Shown: positions 38,083-53,100, counted from the stretch's first letter. The stretch: 64,000 nucleotides of DNA from Bugula neritina (GCA_964035545.1 OZ037768.1:4992741-5056740), one strand, 5' to 3'. Translations and numbers: made by a program. The notes: generated by a model from the letters alone, not told the origin.

Positions 38083-40701
38083 TTTTGGTTTAGAGCAGAA
38101 AGATTGCTTTGCCAATACAGGTAATTCACCTGCCACAAAAGTACAAATTCTCCACAAGCTTCAAATATTATATTTTAAGCTAAGCTCTACTTTAGAGGTA
38201 AACAAATATTCACTAACACCTGCAAAATTGTATTAGGACCAGAGCTATTTCTCCATTGTTGGGTACATAGTTTGCCCTGTGTCTCAATAAATTACACATT
38301 TTACAGCCAGCTAGAAATTACTAGTTAGTAGATAATGGTTTGAGTAGTGGGGAGCTGCAGATGGGGTTTTCCTTTATATAAGACAATAACATTAAGACAC
38401 AAAAACTACAATTATTTATATTACCGCAATTGCAATATCACTATTACCATAATGATAGCCATTGCTTTGAAAATTAAGTAAGGAACCCAAGATTTGCATG
38501 TTTGAACTTGTGTGAAAAGACATTAATCATATTATTACGGGCAAATTATATACAAAAAGTAAAATGAAATTCTAAGGTGGCTTGCCCTTACATAATAGAT
38601 AATAGCTTAATGCTACTTTAAGTTGCCACTATCTGGTAGCTGAAGGGTGTCCTGGTTTTAACTTTCCAAGTAGCTGACTAGTCCATAAGAGCGTAAATGT
38701 AATTTCTTAAATGTATGATTGCAAATTTTGATGTTTCAACCAACTTGAGTTAATTTTTATTTATTTTTTCTAGTTTCTTTGACTTGAACAATTTCATAAT
38801 TTCATATATTTAGTCTAAATATTTATTGAAAGCTAGGTTGGTTTTATCATAGGCTATAATAGATCATGAAGCATTTATATTCTATATTAAGACTATTTTC
38901 ACATTAATATTTTGGCTAGTATTAATTAAGGACATAGTTATTTCAATCACCTTAATGCGTCATAAGTTTGTATTAAGTATTTATATGCGGAGTTAAGTTT
39001 ACAATGCAAAAAATGTAACAAAAACCAGCTATAGTAATTAATGTAAAAGCAATACGATTACCGTTGATTTTCAGTCTTATAAGTTTATAGATATGTATTA
39101 GAGAAGAAAGAGTGTGGAAAATGGTATTAGTTCTATAATGCCAACCTGAAGCTAATTGGCTTTACCAACATTTATTATAAAGAATGCTGCCATTTTAAAA
39201 AAATTAATCATACAAAGAATTTTCTCATATAGATTATTCGTGCTTTACTAAGGAGACAAAGTAAATGTTATAAAAGATAAGTTGACAGTACCAACACGTT
39301 TTTAATCTTGCCTATATTGGTCTATAATCTAATTGCAATCAAGGGCTTATATTTTTAGAACTCTAGAAAACTAGTACACACCCACAAATAATTTAGCATA
39401 AATTAGTGGAACTTTTATAAGCTGCTTTATTTAAAAAGTTCTCTTGCAAACAAAAAGACTTTGTCCGCTGAGTTTTTGCATACTATGCAAGTTTAATTAA
39501 TATATTTTCTATAGCATATATAATTTGAGTCCACCTATTAATATTAATAAACAATTTATGTGAGAAGACTTTAAACTCCGATTATATTTCAAGATATTCC
39601 ATTTATATTTTATTAAATGACTGCACTTTGCTCCCACTCTTAGGCTCAAAAACCTATGCAAGGTTATTTGTTAAACTCTTATTTCAATTATTTTGTTGCC
39701 TAGAACTTATAGTGACAAATTTGTTCTGCTACATTTGGTAGCTCAAGTGCACTACAGAAACAATTTCTATAATTAACTTCGTTTTTGTTTCATAAAAAAT
39801 ATTTTCTTACTGTAAGTAGAGGTAAGGAAAAAAATTCCTATTGATCTAAACTATTTTGTTATATACTTAAGCCAATTAGTAAATTTGGTGCCTGCTGTAT
39901 AGTACTTTTAAATACAACTCTCTATGGTCTACGTGATTATTTCTAAAACTTTGCATATTATATTCCAAGCAAGCTATATGGTAAAGTCATGAGTGTTTGC
40001 TATGTTAACTATGAGAGATTGTATAATAGGTGGTAAAGTGTAAAGTAATTGCATTCGATCTTGCATAACTTTCATTGGTGGCTGTTGGTAAATGTTAATA
40101 AGCTTTGCATTAGACTTTGAACGTAAAGAAATTTAATTCTCCTGACTTGTTCTTTCTATGCAGATATATTGCTATTTTGTGTTTGTCAGGTAATTCACAA
40201 TTTTGCTAAAATATGTGGCTTGCACATAAACCTATGTAGAGATACATTGCAATAATTTGGAAATTTTGCTAAAGGCTTGAGATTTTGCATACGCGTGGCC
40301 CTAAAATCACTTGGCTGTGTTTAACTTTTTTGTGTATACTAACACTAATACTACATACTGATTAGTATGTTATAAATTTTCAGTTTTTACCATTATTTGC
40401 CAGTTTATAAAATTAAACTGCATCAGCATATGAAACATGTTTATGTTAACTGAATTGAATCAAATATGAAGTTTCCAAACTTCAATCTAACATATGAAGT
40501 AGGTACGCAGAAATTTCTGTTTGCTGTGCTTGCTTTTCTCTTCCAGTTCAACCTGATAGCAGAATACTTCAGGAAGAAAAAATATATGACGGTTGTATTT
40601 GGACTACAATGATCTCTCATATCACAAAATCAAATGCAAGGTGCAATTTGTATATCATTATAACGAAGAGATACCGTAATTCACGCGCTTTGCAACTCAA
40701 G

Positions 40702-43700
40702 ATGGCGCTCTCCTGTGCGAGTGAGTATTGTACTTTTTTCTTTTTAAAAGTTATATGGCCCTTGTATGTTACATTGATTCCAATTGTTACAATGGAAAAT
40801 TTTGATTAAGTAGCATAAAATATAAAATCTCTCTCCTAAATATGAATACAAGATGATTATTAGCGTTTACAATACGATCAAGATTTGAAATAAAATTCAG
40901 GTTGACATTCAGATTGAGTAATCAGTAATGATTTAAATTTGAAACAAAGTCGAACAAACTAAAACTAGAGAAATTTTATTTTTTAAAATCAAAATTGCCA
41001 GTAGCCTGAGTAACAATATTCATTTTATTATGAATATAGTTTCGCCCGATTGAGTCACAATTACTGAATTAGAATCCGTATGACTATGAGTATGTGTATT
41101 CGTATCGGGTATCACATGCCCATGGCATTGATTTTCATTTTGAATTTAATGATCAACTAAAATTCAAATATCAATTTGAGAATGAAATAAATCCGAGACT
41201 TTCAGCCACAGTCACAGTGGCTAAGCAGTAGTAACTAAATTTTAAAACCTAGTTTTGAAAGAAGTTTCAAAAAATCTTTCAAAAGTTGTATAATAAAATT
41301 AAATTAGTAACACAATGACAATGGTAGGCTATTTATAAATTCTGTGTTTGATTTTTGAGAAATTTGAAAAACCAAATTGTAGTTAACCAATTGAACTTGA
41401 AAATAAAAATATGAGCCGAATCAAAGCCTATATAATATATTAATGAAAAACTTATTTAGTTATTATGATGAGCATTTCCCAATTGAGCCATCTAACGAAA
41501 TCCTGTAAATGCTGTTGCAGGTTTGCTTAAGCTTTGCATTATGAATAACAAGTTACCTACATTTGCACGGTGTATATTTTTAATTATTAACACAGTGGGG
41601 TGCAATAATGGAGAAATCAAAAAGCATGCCATAAAGACCCTTGAGTAGATACATGGTTTCCAATAGGGCAATCATTGTAATAAAATTTGAAGCATGTATC
41701 TAAATGTAAATTTTAGTGCATCTTCTATAATAGAAAGCAAGTCTTTAGCCCGCTTTAAAATCAGGGGTAGCAACTATAAACCCACCTGAGTTTTTTCGTA
41801 TTTCTACTAATTTTGAAACGAAGTAGTTGTTAACCATCTAAATGTTATCTCCGCAGTTAGCAATGAAATACCCGAACAGCCAGTTGTATCTCCTGTGTCA
41901 GGAGCAGTGTTTGAAAAGAGGCTCATTGAGAAATATATCAACGAAAATGCTTGTGATCCAATCAATAACGAGCCATTAGAGCTCTCACAACTCGTAGAAA
42001 TCAAAGGTATGTCTATTTTACACGCTGATACTTCTGCCCTATTAATTAATTAACAACTGTTGCAATTTCTAAAACTTTTGTATGAATCTTCCAGCTTCTG
42101 GGTTGGCAAAACCCCGGCCCCCGACTGCGACGAGCATTCCTGCCATATTGAAGTCCTTACAAGATGAGTGGGATGCTGTCATGTTGCATAGTTTTACACT
42201 CAGGCAGCAGCTTCAAACGGCTAGACAAGGTATCAATTCAACACAATATCCATGCATCTGTACTCTCTTTCCATGGTTTACGTGAAAAATATGGTTATAC
42301 ATTATATTACACTTTTTCTTAATTTATCTACTATATTTTCAGAACTGTCCCATGCATTGTATCAGCACGATGCCGCGTGCCGTGTGATTGCACGTCTTAC
42401 CAAAGAAGTTACTGCTGCCAGGGAAGCTCTTGCCACTCTCAAACCGCAAGCAGGACTTACTGCAGCGGCAGCATCCTATGCACAGCAGGTTTGTACTAAT
42501 CTATTAGCTCACCTGTTCACTAGAGACAACACAGTGTAGTATATTGTATAGACAACATAGTGTAGTATATTGTATAGACAACATAGTGTAGTATATTGTA
42601 TAGACAACATAGTGTAGTATATTGTATAGACAACATAGTGTAGTATATTGTATAGACAACATAGTGTAGTATATTGTATAGAGACAACACAGTGTAGTAT
42701 ATTGTATAGAGACAACATAGTGTAGTATATTGTATAGACAACACAGTGTAGTATATTGTATAGAGACAACATAGTGTAGTATATTGTATAGACAACATAG
42801 TGTAGTATATTGTATAGAGACAACATAGTGTAGTGTATTGTATAGACAACACAGTGTAATATATTGTATAGACAACACAGTGTAGTATATTGTATAGACA
42901 ACATAGTGTAGCATATTTTATAGACAACACAGTGTAGTATATTGTATAGAGACAACATATTATATAAGTGTTGGACATGTGTTTAGATTCTGCCCCAAAG
43001 TAAGTGATAAGGGCCCTGTTGAATAATTTCATTGCCTGGACATGAAAAGTAACAGGCATAATTTTGATATTTCCTTCATTTTTATAAATTTACAATTTTA
43101 TGACCCCAGTTATGTAACCCGTTTTAACCTCTATAAAGAATAATTGTTGCTGATGGGGATTTTACTGCTGTGTGGGAAGAATTTAGGGCTGATTGAGTTG
43201 GGTCAGTGTTTGCCCTGCGCTGTGCACATTTCTGTGATTGTTTGATGGGTGACTGGTTTAAGATACTTTGAGAGGTTTAATGTGCTAAGCCTGTTAATTT
43301 CACTTGTCAATGGTATTGTAATTAGCTGCTCATAGTTTAGGTATGATGTGTGACACTGGGTGGCTCAATGCATTTATTACTAATAATCACAGTTTCTTTT
43401 GGAAACCATATTTAAAATATGAATACAAAATGTAAATTCGCATTCATTATCTTACATGAGCTGTGTGTATAAATAGAAATGGTGATGCGATTATTTTATG
43501 CATGAGTCAACTGAGCGTAGACATGGAAGTGTTTTATCACACACCACCGGAAAGGTAAACATTTCTTTGATTATAATATGTGTACATTTCATTCATACAG
43601 TGACTGATAGCTGCAGCATAGCAATGTTGAACAAATGTACAATTTACAGTTATCTAACATAATCTAACATGTACAGTAATATATATTAATTCATGTAGAA

Positions 43701-46700
43701 AAGAACCGATTATTAGGCCAAGGCAGATGCCTGTATATTCAAGGTGGAATGTTTTACATTCAATTGAGTTACAACATATATGTATCTAGGGTTATATCTA
43801 CAATGTATATGTGTCTAGGGTTATACCTACAATATATATGTGTCTAGGGTTATATCTACAATGTATATGTGTCTAGGGTTATATCTACAACATATATGTA
43901 TCTAGGGTTATATCTACAATGTATATGTGTCTAGGGTTATACCTACAATATATATGCATTTAGGGTTATATCTACAATGTATGTATCTAGGGTTATATCT
44001 ACAATATATATGTATCTAGGGTTATATCTACAATGTATATGTCTTTAGGGCTACGAGCAGGCAGCACCAGCCGCTGCCGGAGATGAAGGTCTTGTGCTGC
44101 AAGAAGTCGGCATGTCCGAGGATGTTACTACGAAGATTCAAGCTAAAGCCGACAGCCTCACCGCTGACAGAAAACGACGTGGTAAAACAATTCCTGAAGG
44201 ACTTGCATCAGCCGATGATATTTCACAGTATAGACAGCTGGCATCACATACCGTATGTCTCCGTGTGCTGCTTCTAGCTACTTCTAGCTAGTTAATGTGT
44301 TATATTACTACTCTGAGATAGCACACGTGTGAACTTATCCTGAACAATGTTGTATGAAACTGTAACATATATGATTTCCTGTTAAATCTGTTGACAGGGT
44401 CTTCATAGTGCTGGTGTTCCCGGCTTACTTGCCCTTGACTTGCAGCTCTCTGACACCTCCAAGGTCGTTACAGGTACGTCATTTAATTATATTCATACAT
44501 CTACAGGTAATACCACTCACTATAAATTAGCAGAACATCTTGTAGCATTTCCTCCGGTTGTAGTTGTATTTCAGGCCACAGTAAATCCTTTTCCTGCTAG
44601 AGTTGTTTATGCCAAGCAGGTGCTGAGGGTTACCACGTGTCCTCTAGGGCTGGTGTCCTGCAAAGTACCGCTGGTCATTACTTACTAAGCAGTTTAGTTC
44701 CATTCTCCTTAAAGTTCTGTTGATGAATAACCAGTTGGGGCTGTTAAAAGGTTTCCTATTTTCTTTGTAGTTAGAAAATTTAATCCTACCTGCAGCTTCT
44801 GTTTGCAATGAGATTTTCTCTAGTGACATAATTTCAGAAGTTATGTAAACACATTTGGCAAAGTTTATTTTTGTTCTGAAAGCAGCTGATGGGTTTGTGA
44901 TGCTGTATAGAGAAACAATGTAAATATGTAACGCAACAAAAAACCTAGCAAAACAAGCTGTCAATGAAATTAGTACCAAGTCCAAAAATGATACTCAATA
45001 TTTTTTCAAATACCACTATTACTCTGCAGCCCACATCTTAGGTTATAACTCTCTCTCACTCCACAATCTACTGTGACATCATCAAGGTCCTGTGTTATCA
45101 GCCATTGTTGTTGCTAGGTTAACAAGTAAATGCCTTTGAAGTTACCATTTCCTCACTGTCTGGTGTTTAACCTCTTATCCTATTACTTTATGATATTAAG
45201 ATATGTTCTTCCGTTGTCTCACTGCACCATGTTGCTTATATCAGTTAATATTAAAGAGTCTGTACCCACATTTACTTTATTAATTTCTCTAACTTTCAAT
45301 TAAATTATATTAAATATTAATGTGCAGCAAACAATAGCATACGCTGCAAATAAATTGTTATTATATGAAATGTCATTTGGTGTATCATAATTCCACAAAG
45401 TAATATGGCAATGGCTTTGCGGTATGAAGATCTGTAATAAAAAGATATTTGTAGGTGCTTAAGTACTGGCAATTCATATTAAATATATGCATGTATAATC
45501 ACCCATTTTTGATATACTTTAAGTTGATAACTGATTAGGTTAAATTGAATCATATTTACATAGAGTTAATTTAATAAATGCTAATTTATATTTTAATCTG
45601 TTGCATCCAGTTGTGGAATTGATAGCATAAAGAGTAATTATAAAGCCTCAATAAATTTCCTGTCTATAAATATTTAGGAGTCTTTTCCTGATTGGTGGTT
45701 ATATGTAAGCTGAATTGTGGTCTTGTGTACCAGAACCCCCTCTTCCAAGTATTTGTCCATCATGTCACTTGTCACTACACTCACTTTACATACCATATCC
45801 TTGAAACATTTCACTTCATAATATATGCCCCTGTATATTTTTGCATATTGCTGGTTACGTGAGGTTGTGTTGAAACGATTTCCAGAGTTTGAATAATACT
45901 TGCTGCATGTTGTTTGTTAGGTGGCGCTGATAAGAATGCTGTTGTATTCAATAAAGAGACGGAGCAGGTTATTGCTGTACTCAAAGGCCACACCAAGAAA
46001 GTCACCAGTGTTATATATCACCCTACAGAGGTATCTTACATCAACCTTTCCCTTACCCATCTTACAGCAGCCCTTTCCATGTTTTCTATAGCATATGTAA
46101 CGTCAGTTGTTGCAGCTTCTCTTTGGTTTGTCCTTAGCTGAATAAACTTGGTGAAGTTTTATGTTTTAGGAGCTTGTGTTTAGTGCATCTCCCGACGCTA
46201 GCATCAGAGTTTGGGGCGTGCAGCAAGCTCAGTGCGGGCAGATTGTGCGAACCCACGAAGGACCGGTTACTGGACTCAGTCTACACGCTACTGGAGATTA
46301 TCTGCTGAGTTCTTCTACTGACGGAGTATGTTAGACATCTTTGCTCATTTATAAGAAGTTAAAACTATTCACACATGCTGTTTCACCCATCATGTGTCAT
46401 GTACTTTGTACTGCGGCATGTGTGTAGCTATATATATTTATATGTGTGTGTGTGGTTCATGCTGCACATTTTTGCCATAACTGATCATGTAAAACATTGA
46501 TGTTACATAATCTCACAGGTTATGTCTTGCTGGCATATTATTGACACAACAGACATGTTTGCAACTCATTTTCTTGTCAATTTGCATTCATACCACTTGA
46601 TAGGCATACAAGCTGTAGTAATATTTACCCACTCAATATATGCAAGAATGAGGAAGGCAGGATGTTTTTTCTCTCAGCATGCCAATGATGTTTGTTTGTT

Positions 46701-48876
46701 GTAGTTTTGGGCTTTCTCGGATATTCAGACTGGCAAGGTTTTGATGAGGGTGGCTGCTGGGGAAGGGGGAAACAGCGGTGAGTTCATTTTCATAGGTTGT
46801 GTTATATTATCTTCAGCTGTTAATAGAATTTTATGCTCACAATTATTTATAATTAAACTCAACTTTGATATTCTTGGTTGATGGTAATGGTGGCCTTTTC
46901 AGAGTGTGCAAGTCAGTGTAGTGCTGTAATTGTATTAATTTTAGCCGCTACTTGCGCTCAGTTCCACCCGGATGGTCTTATCTTTGGTACTGGTACAGCC
47001 GATTCCTTGATTAAAATTTGGGATTTGAAAGAAAGACAGAACGTTGCTAACTTTCCTGGTCACAGTGGACCCATCAGTGCTATAGCCTTTTCTGAGAATG
47101 GTCAGTGTAATAAACTGTATTGTTTACAGTGGTTTGTAGAGATTTGGAGACCACAGGCTAAAACTATGAGTATCTGTACACCTGTATAGACCAAATCCCC
47201 TTCTAGACACAACAGTGTGAGAACAATAGAAAAACACCTGACCACAACCTAATGCTCCATCATTCATAATTTCATATTTTCCCAGATCTTTGTTGTACTT
47301 TTGTGTCTATCGTGAAACTAGTAAAACCAATTCTATCTTAATTATAGGCACTAATTATTACAAATTAGTTGCATTAACTAATTCAAATATGATTATCATC
47401 CTTTCATTTTTTATAAGCTGAACAGTTGGTAAGGCAATGCAAATATGTAACACAGATAATCTATTAATCCATAATAATCTCTCTAAAGTATAATGAAGTG
47501 TGGTTGGTATTTATCAGAATATGCTATCTATTCTCAGAGCTTCATCCCTCATCATTTCGTGTGGAACTGCTAACTGCAAAAACTTAGTGACAAGCACTGG
47601 GCGATAAGAATTTGGTGCACACCCAGTCTAAGCAGCTGACCTTAAATTTATTTTTACAGGTTTCTATCTGGCTACAGCGGCTGACGATGCCGTCGTTAAG
47701 CTGTGGGATTTGCGTAGACTGAGTAACTTCAAGACCATCACTTTAGACAACAACTACGAAGTGAAATCACTGCGGTTTGATCACAGTGGTACTTACTTGG
47801 CAGTAGCTGGAACTGATGTTAGGTGAGATAAACACTTTCATCATTACTCTGGCTGGCGTACAATTGTGTAGGTTAGTAGCACACTTGCATGGCATGTGCA
47901 ACTTTAGTTAGCACAGTTTGATTTCGAGTACACAAAAAAGGCTTAAAAATCCTAACAATTTGCCTTATTGATCATAATAATGCCTGCACAATAATTAGAA
48001 AGCGGAAATTATAGATATCTTGTTCTTTCACATCAGAAAATGTTTGTGGTTCTGCAAAATTACACATTCCATATTTAATCAGGCAATGCATGATATCACA
48101 CAGTCTTTGGTTTTGAAGGAAAGCTTGGTGGTTATTATGTCAATAGGTCTGAATAGAAATCTGGTTGCAGTATAAAATTATGAATCGGATAAATTTTAAA
48201 ATTATGTAAAGGAAACTAATTAGTCACTAGATAACAGAAAACATTTAAGCATCAATTAAAATTTTATTGGTGTAAGTTAGATGATAAACAATATTGTCAT
48301 TTGATAGATAGCATCTGGTGTTGTTGGCCGTCACATATGAATGTTCCTTGCATTAACTCTCCTCAACCTGTCACGGAAGTTATACATGCACAAGTGTACA
48401 CATTTTAAGTATAGAAACACACATTGGTGAACACCGCGTCACTACTTGTAATTTCATACCTAGTGAATATCTTAATTTATACCGTAATTGTATTCCAGAC
48501 TGGTTAGCAACTCCTCGACATATGAATCGTGGAATTATGAAATTGGCTATTCATACAATTATGAATATTAAAAATTAGCATCAATTCCTCTGTTTAAATA
48601 CACCAATGTATGTCATCGAATAATTGATCATTGCATGCAAGAAGATATCCAGCCAGCAATTCAGTTTTATACTCATCACTCTATTTTTGCTGTTGTGTAA
48701 TTTAATCAACTTTCGTTTTTTTCAGAGTGTATCTTTGCAAGAAATGGACTGAGCTGAAAGTCTTGAATGACCACACAGCACAAGCTACTGGAGTTGCTTT
48801 CGGCTCTAATGCCAATTTCCTCGCCTCTACTAGCATGGACCGGTCATTGAAATTTTTTGGCTTTGATCGTTATTAG
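40702..48876 (+). CDS. PRPF19: Pre-mRNA-processing factor 19 (U-box, coiled coil, WD40), 12 coding exons, 512 aa
   Basis: Exons 40702-40720, 41857-42006, 42095-42229, 42343-42488, 44049-44252, 44398-44473, 45921-46030, 46170-46325, 46705-46777, 46945-47100, 47660-47822, 48726-48876 in phase. [34 protein letters not shown] (U-box), [65 protein letters not shown]. Confidence 0.97.
42525..42958. repeat. Minisatellite, 26/28-bp unit GACAACA(T/C)AGTGTAGTATATTGTATA(GA), about 16 copies, PRPF19 intron 4
   Basis: Direct tandem repetition with no spacers; source of the three repetitive minus-strand ORFs. Confidence 0.97.
43775..44050. repeat. Minisatellite, 29-bp unit TCTAGGGTTATATCTACAATGTATATGTG, about 9.5 copies, ending at the PRPF19 exon 5 acceptor
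   Basis: Units start at 43785, 43814, 43843, 43872, 43901, 43930, 43959, 43986, 44015; the final variant TCTTTAG|GG is the acceptor. Confidence 0.95.
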
Positions 48877-50170
48877 TGAATCTGTGGATACTTTCACTAC
48901 TACAGTGTATTACACCTACTGTTAGCCGAACTGTGCAAGCAAATTTTGGGTTTTGCTGTGTAATAAAACTGGTAGCATTTGGGCCCACCATCTCTGCTAT
49001 TGTGTGGATACTTGTGATTTTTAGTAAAATCCTTGGCGAAGAGCCCACTTTCACAATTGTATATACTATATATATATGAAAATATAATGTGTAATGTTAA
49101 GTTGTTCTTTCAACATTTGAAAATATACACACTTAATCTACAATCATGTGTAAATGTATGACATACATTTAAACTTTAATTCACATGTCTGGTTGTGAAT
49201 GTATGCTAGAGTGTTGAAACAGAACATTAATATTAATTATGGTCAATTTTACTACACTGTTTATTACACCAGCATAATTATGCATAGGGTGCACATGGTA
49301 GATTATATACCTGATGTAATTATCAAAACTTTGTGAAATCTAACCAACAGGTTTTGTTGCGAGGCTCGACCAACTCATTAGGCATAATCAGCTTTTTAAA
49401 ACAGAAATAAGTTTGTCACCCAAACAAGTAACTCGTAGGCTGATGATAGAGCTGTTTTTCTCAGGTAGTGTTGAATTTAGAATTTGTCAACAACTCCAGT
49501 CTTTGCCAAACCCAAGTGGCAGGAAATATGGTGGAGAATCATTTATAGGGTTGCACAGCCTTCTACGCAGGTAATATGATTTTAGGTGTACAGTGTGTAG
49601 TCTGGGCAACATTATCATGGTTGGAACATATTGAGGGGCATAACTCCGTAACAGCTGCCAACTGAACTGAGCGAGACCTCAGATGTAGCGATAATTTCTG
49701 TGTGTGGTGAAAGTGATGGAGCATATAACGAGGTATAATAATGGCCAATTTGAAATGCAATGAAGAATCTACGAGATTAACACATGGTGCGCATAATCTT
49801 GATGTTATCACCGGGACAGAGGCAGGCACTCAACTATAGAACAGTGACTTGCATAATCATGACAACAAGTTTATTCTGGCAGAGTATTACGCATGCATAT
49901 CAAGAATTTGAAATAAATATGCAACATGCTATTTTCTGCAGCATAAGTGATGCTATCTAGATAGAAACCTATGAAAAATAATCAGCATATCTTAGAGGAA
50001 TGTTTACTGCAGAAGCAAATTCATAAATGGCTTTCAATCTTGAGTACCTTGTAGCCATACCCATCGAAGTCAGTTGTCGGTATACATAATCTTAAAATAA
50101 GTTCCATAAATATGACAAAGAAGGAAAGTAACGATATTTTATATTTTTGAATTTGGTGTCCAGTCAACTT

Positions 50171-53100
50171 TCAACTTTCTCCATCTTCAGTTGGAGGTTG
50201 AGTATCAGTCGGACTTTTGTTGGACCACCAGGATGACACAAAACTCTTAGCACTAGTCAGTGCCCCTCCTGTAAAACAAACCACACACCAGTTGTAATTG
50301 ACTACAAGAGTCCCATTTTATAAAAAACTAAAAATTTCTAAAATGCTAAATAATTAGAGAATTTTATCTTGACTTAACAAAAACCTGGTATTTACCAACA
50401 GTTTTGCCGGCAAGATCTACAGCTGCATTTATTTTCCGGCCTCTTTCAGATCTGAAATTTACCATAAAAGGTATATATTAGCAAATCATGTTAGTCTGAA
50501 ATGACTGAAGGTACAACAATATTTTCCCCAGCAGCAACAATTTCCTTGCCAGAAAGTTTACAAATTGAAGGAAATGCTGGATGGGTACAACCAATAACAC
50601 AAAGTATTGCACATTCATAGCACTGGCAAAAATAAAGTAAACAGTATAATATAGTATAATAATTTTTCACTAAACTTACCTAGCTAGCTGCAGCTTTACA
50701 TCATTCAATGTTACCCCTCCTTGATAAGGATGGCTAAAACAATGAAAGGTGCAAAAAACTCAGTATTACTTATTCTACAGCATTCTGGGATAGAAGTGCA
50801 GACATGTTTTTCATTCTTAAGTTATCAATTAGGACTCTCAGAAAGTATGATGATAAAATATGTAACACACATAATGATTTCACAGATGATTCACACCATA
50901 ATTTCAGTAACGTTTTCTTGTTTTTCGACAAGATGTACAAAAACACATATGGCGCCACCACCATTCAGGTATCTGTGAGTAAAGATATATCCACAGCCAC
51001 AGGTGCTGCATAAACAAATGTCTCACCCTGGGATCACATCCTCCAGTTGCTGTACAGTATTTCTCCAGACTTTATAGTTATGAGTAGACTTCCAAGCATT
51101 CACAAAATGAATGTTAAAAGCTTCCAACAAATTATTATCTGAAGAAAGAGAAACCAAGTGTTCCACAAGGTATATTTTAATTTAGTATCACACAATAAGC
51201 TTTGTAAAAATATTTTTCAATTAAGCCACACTAGCAAAAAATGAGGATATTTTAATTTTTAATGGTTGTTTCAATGTCCAGCTAAATTGCATTTTTGTAC
51301 AATAATTTTCTCACGATGAATAAATCTTGTATTTAAAAGAAATTAAAATTAACATTTTAATACAAGGCTAAAGAATATAAATTAATATCACACAACTTTA
51401 TTGAAAGAAATAGTTTTGGTAGGAATTATGACACGGGTGATCAGTGTAAGCTTACAGTTGATGACTTGATTAATTTCATATACTAATTATGCAAATTTTC
51501 ACCTGTATGTTATGCTAAACTGCAATATTAGAGCGTCACAAGCCTAGATACAAGTAGCAATAAATACCAACGATACCAGATGTCATCAACATCTGGTGTA
51601 TTACCCTTGTCTTATAGACGTATATTCTGCGTTGGTTTATTAAGTTCCATCTCTGAAAATCCTAATCAGTCTTAATCATTTTAATATCTCATAATCATTG
51701 ATTAGCATTCAATTACAAAAATCATGCAGAGCCAATGGAACTAAAATTAAAAGTAATAAAATTATTGATCTTTTAGCAAAAAAATATCCGGAGATTTCAT
51801 CAGATAACCACACTAATGAATGACTAGCTATTTCTTAGCTCTCAATAAACAAACTTATTAGCTTATCAAAGCTTTATAATGTTTTTGACACCAAAATACC
51901 TTCAGCCAGGACTGATGCCATAAGGGACTGCAGGTAGTCTTTAAACTGAGCTCGGATCCATTCATCCCCACCTTCCCATTCTACAGAAAATAACCACTGC
52001 AGTCTGTACTATAAGAAGAGTTGTACTACAATGTACCTAGCATTATAGTTGAGTGCACCGAGGAAACAGATGGGGAAATCTTAGTTTGACTCATTGATAA
52101 ACATCAGTCAGTAAGATACGTAATTACAGGTGTAATATACAAAATTTACATTATATTATGCATAAATACATATGTCGGAGAATTTAGAAGTCAGAGTGAG
52201 TATATGAAATGATTCAGGTGTGATACAACTTGTGTATCAATATTAATAAGCAGCTTCACAACAACACTTCCTTCATGTAAGTCTCTAAACTTTCAGGAAC
52301 AAAACAACATGTTGAAGCATTTACAGAAAGCTCAACGCACATGGTACTAACAGCTCATGAAACGTGGGCTAACCTATTGGTAGCTGCTTGAAACAATATT
52401 GATAGAAAAACTAGCAAAATTGGATGGAAATAAAAAAATAATCTGCAATGTGCATGTAATGACTATTTATAAATGAAATAATAAACTTTAATCAGCCCAT
52501 ACAGCTACCCGATGCGTTACACATGACTGTTCCAATTTAACAAACTATTCAACAGTCAATATAGTAGCTATAGAGCCTGCCCGCTACAATTATACAACTT
52601 GTTACAGTTACGTAAATGCTCGAAAGCAGGCTACACTTTTTTGAAGCTGATTTTAATTATTTCACAATCCATGTGTTCAACACGGAGTCAGTCAAATGTG
52701 TAGCAGCTTGATTCATAACGCAAACCTTAAGTTAGTAATACGTCTGCAACATCAAGTGAAACCCATTCCGGTGTTGCTTAATTTATCAGACAAAGAATGA
52801 TAATTAAGTAACATCTTCTGCTAACAACATGTTGAGTGTAAAAATATCTACGAGCTGTAAAATCATGATGGCCCATTCTATCTTTAGGATGCACACAAAC
52901 GAGCTTCAGCTATGTAAACATGAATCATGAAGCCATGATTTGTTTTTTTAAATAATTTGATAAATTCCAGTTAATTAAGGACAATTAGCTTACTAACTTT
53001 GTGTGTATTGTAAGTTTGCCTTGCTTATTAATAATTCACGTTTCTATTTATAGATTAGTCTGGTCATGTATTGAAGTATGTGGTTACATTCACCTACAAC

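Noticed and set aside
42504-43059. Three overlapping 136-179 aa minus-strand ORFs
   Set aside because: They are translations of the 26/28-bp minisatellite inside a PRPF19 intron; repetitive, with no domain.
43785-44025. Telomere-like TAGGGTTA words in the minisatellite
   Set aside because: One word per 29-bp unit, not tandem TTAGGG; better explained by the AG|GG splice-site origin.
42525-44050. CRISPR-like appearance of the 26- and 29-bp repeats
   Set aside because: Units are directly adjacent with no unique spacers, no cas genes are present, and the context is a eukaryotic intron.
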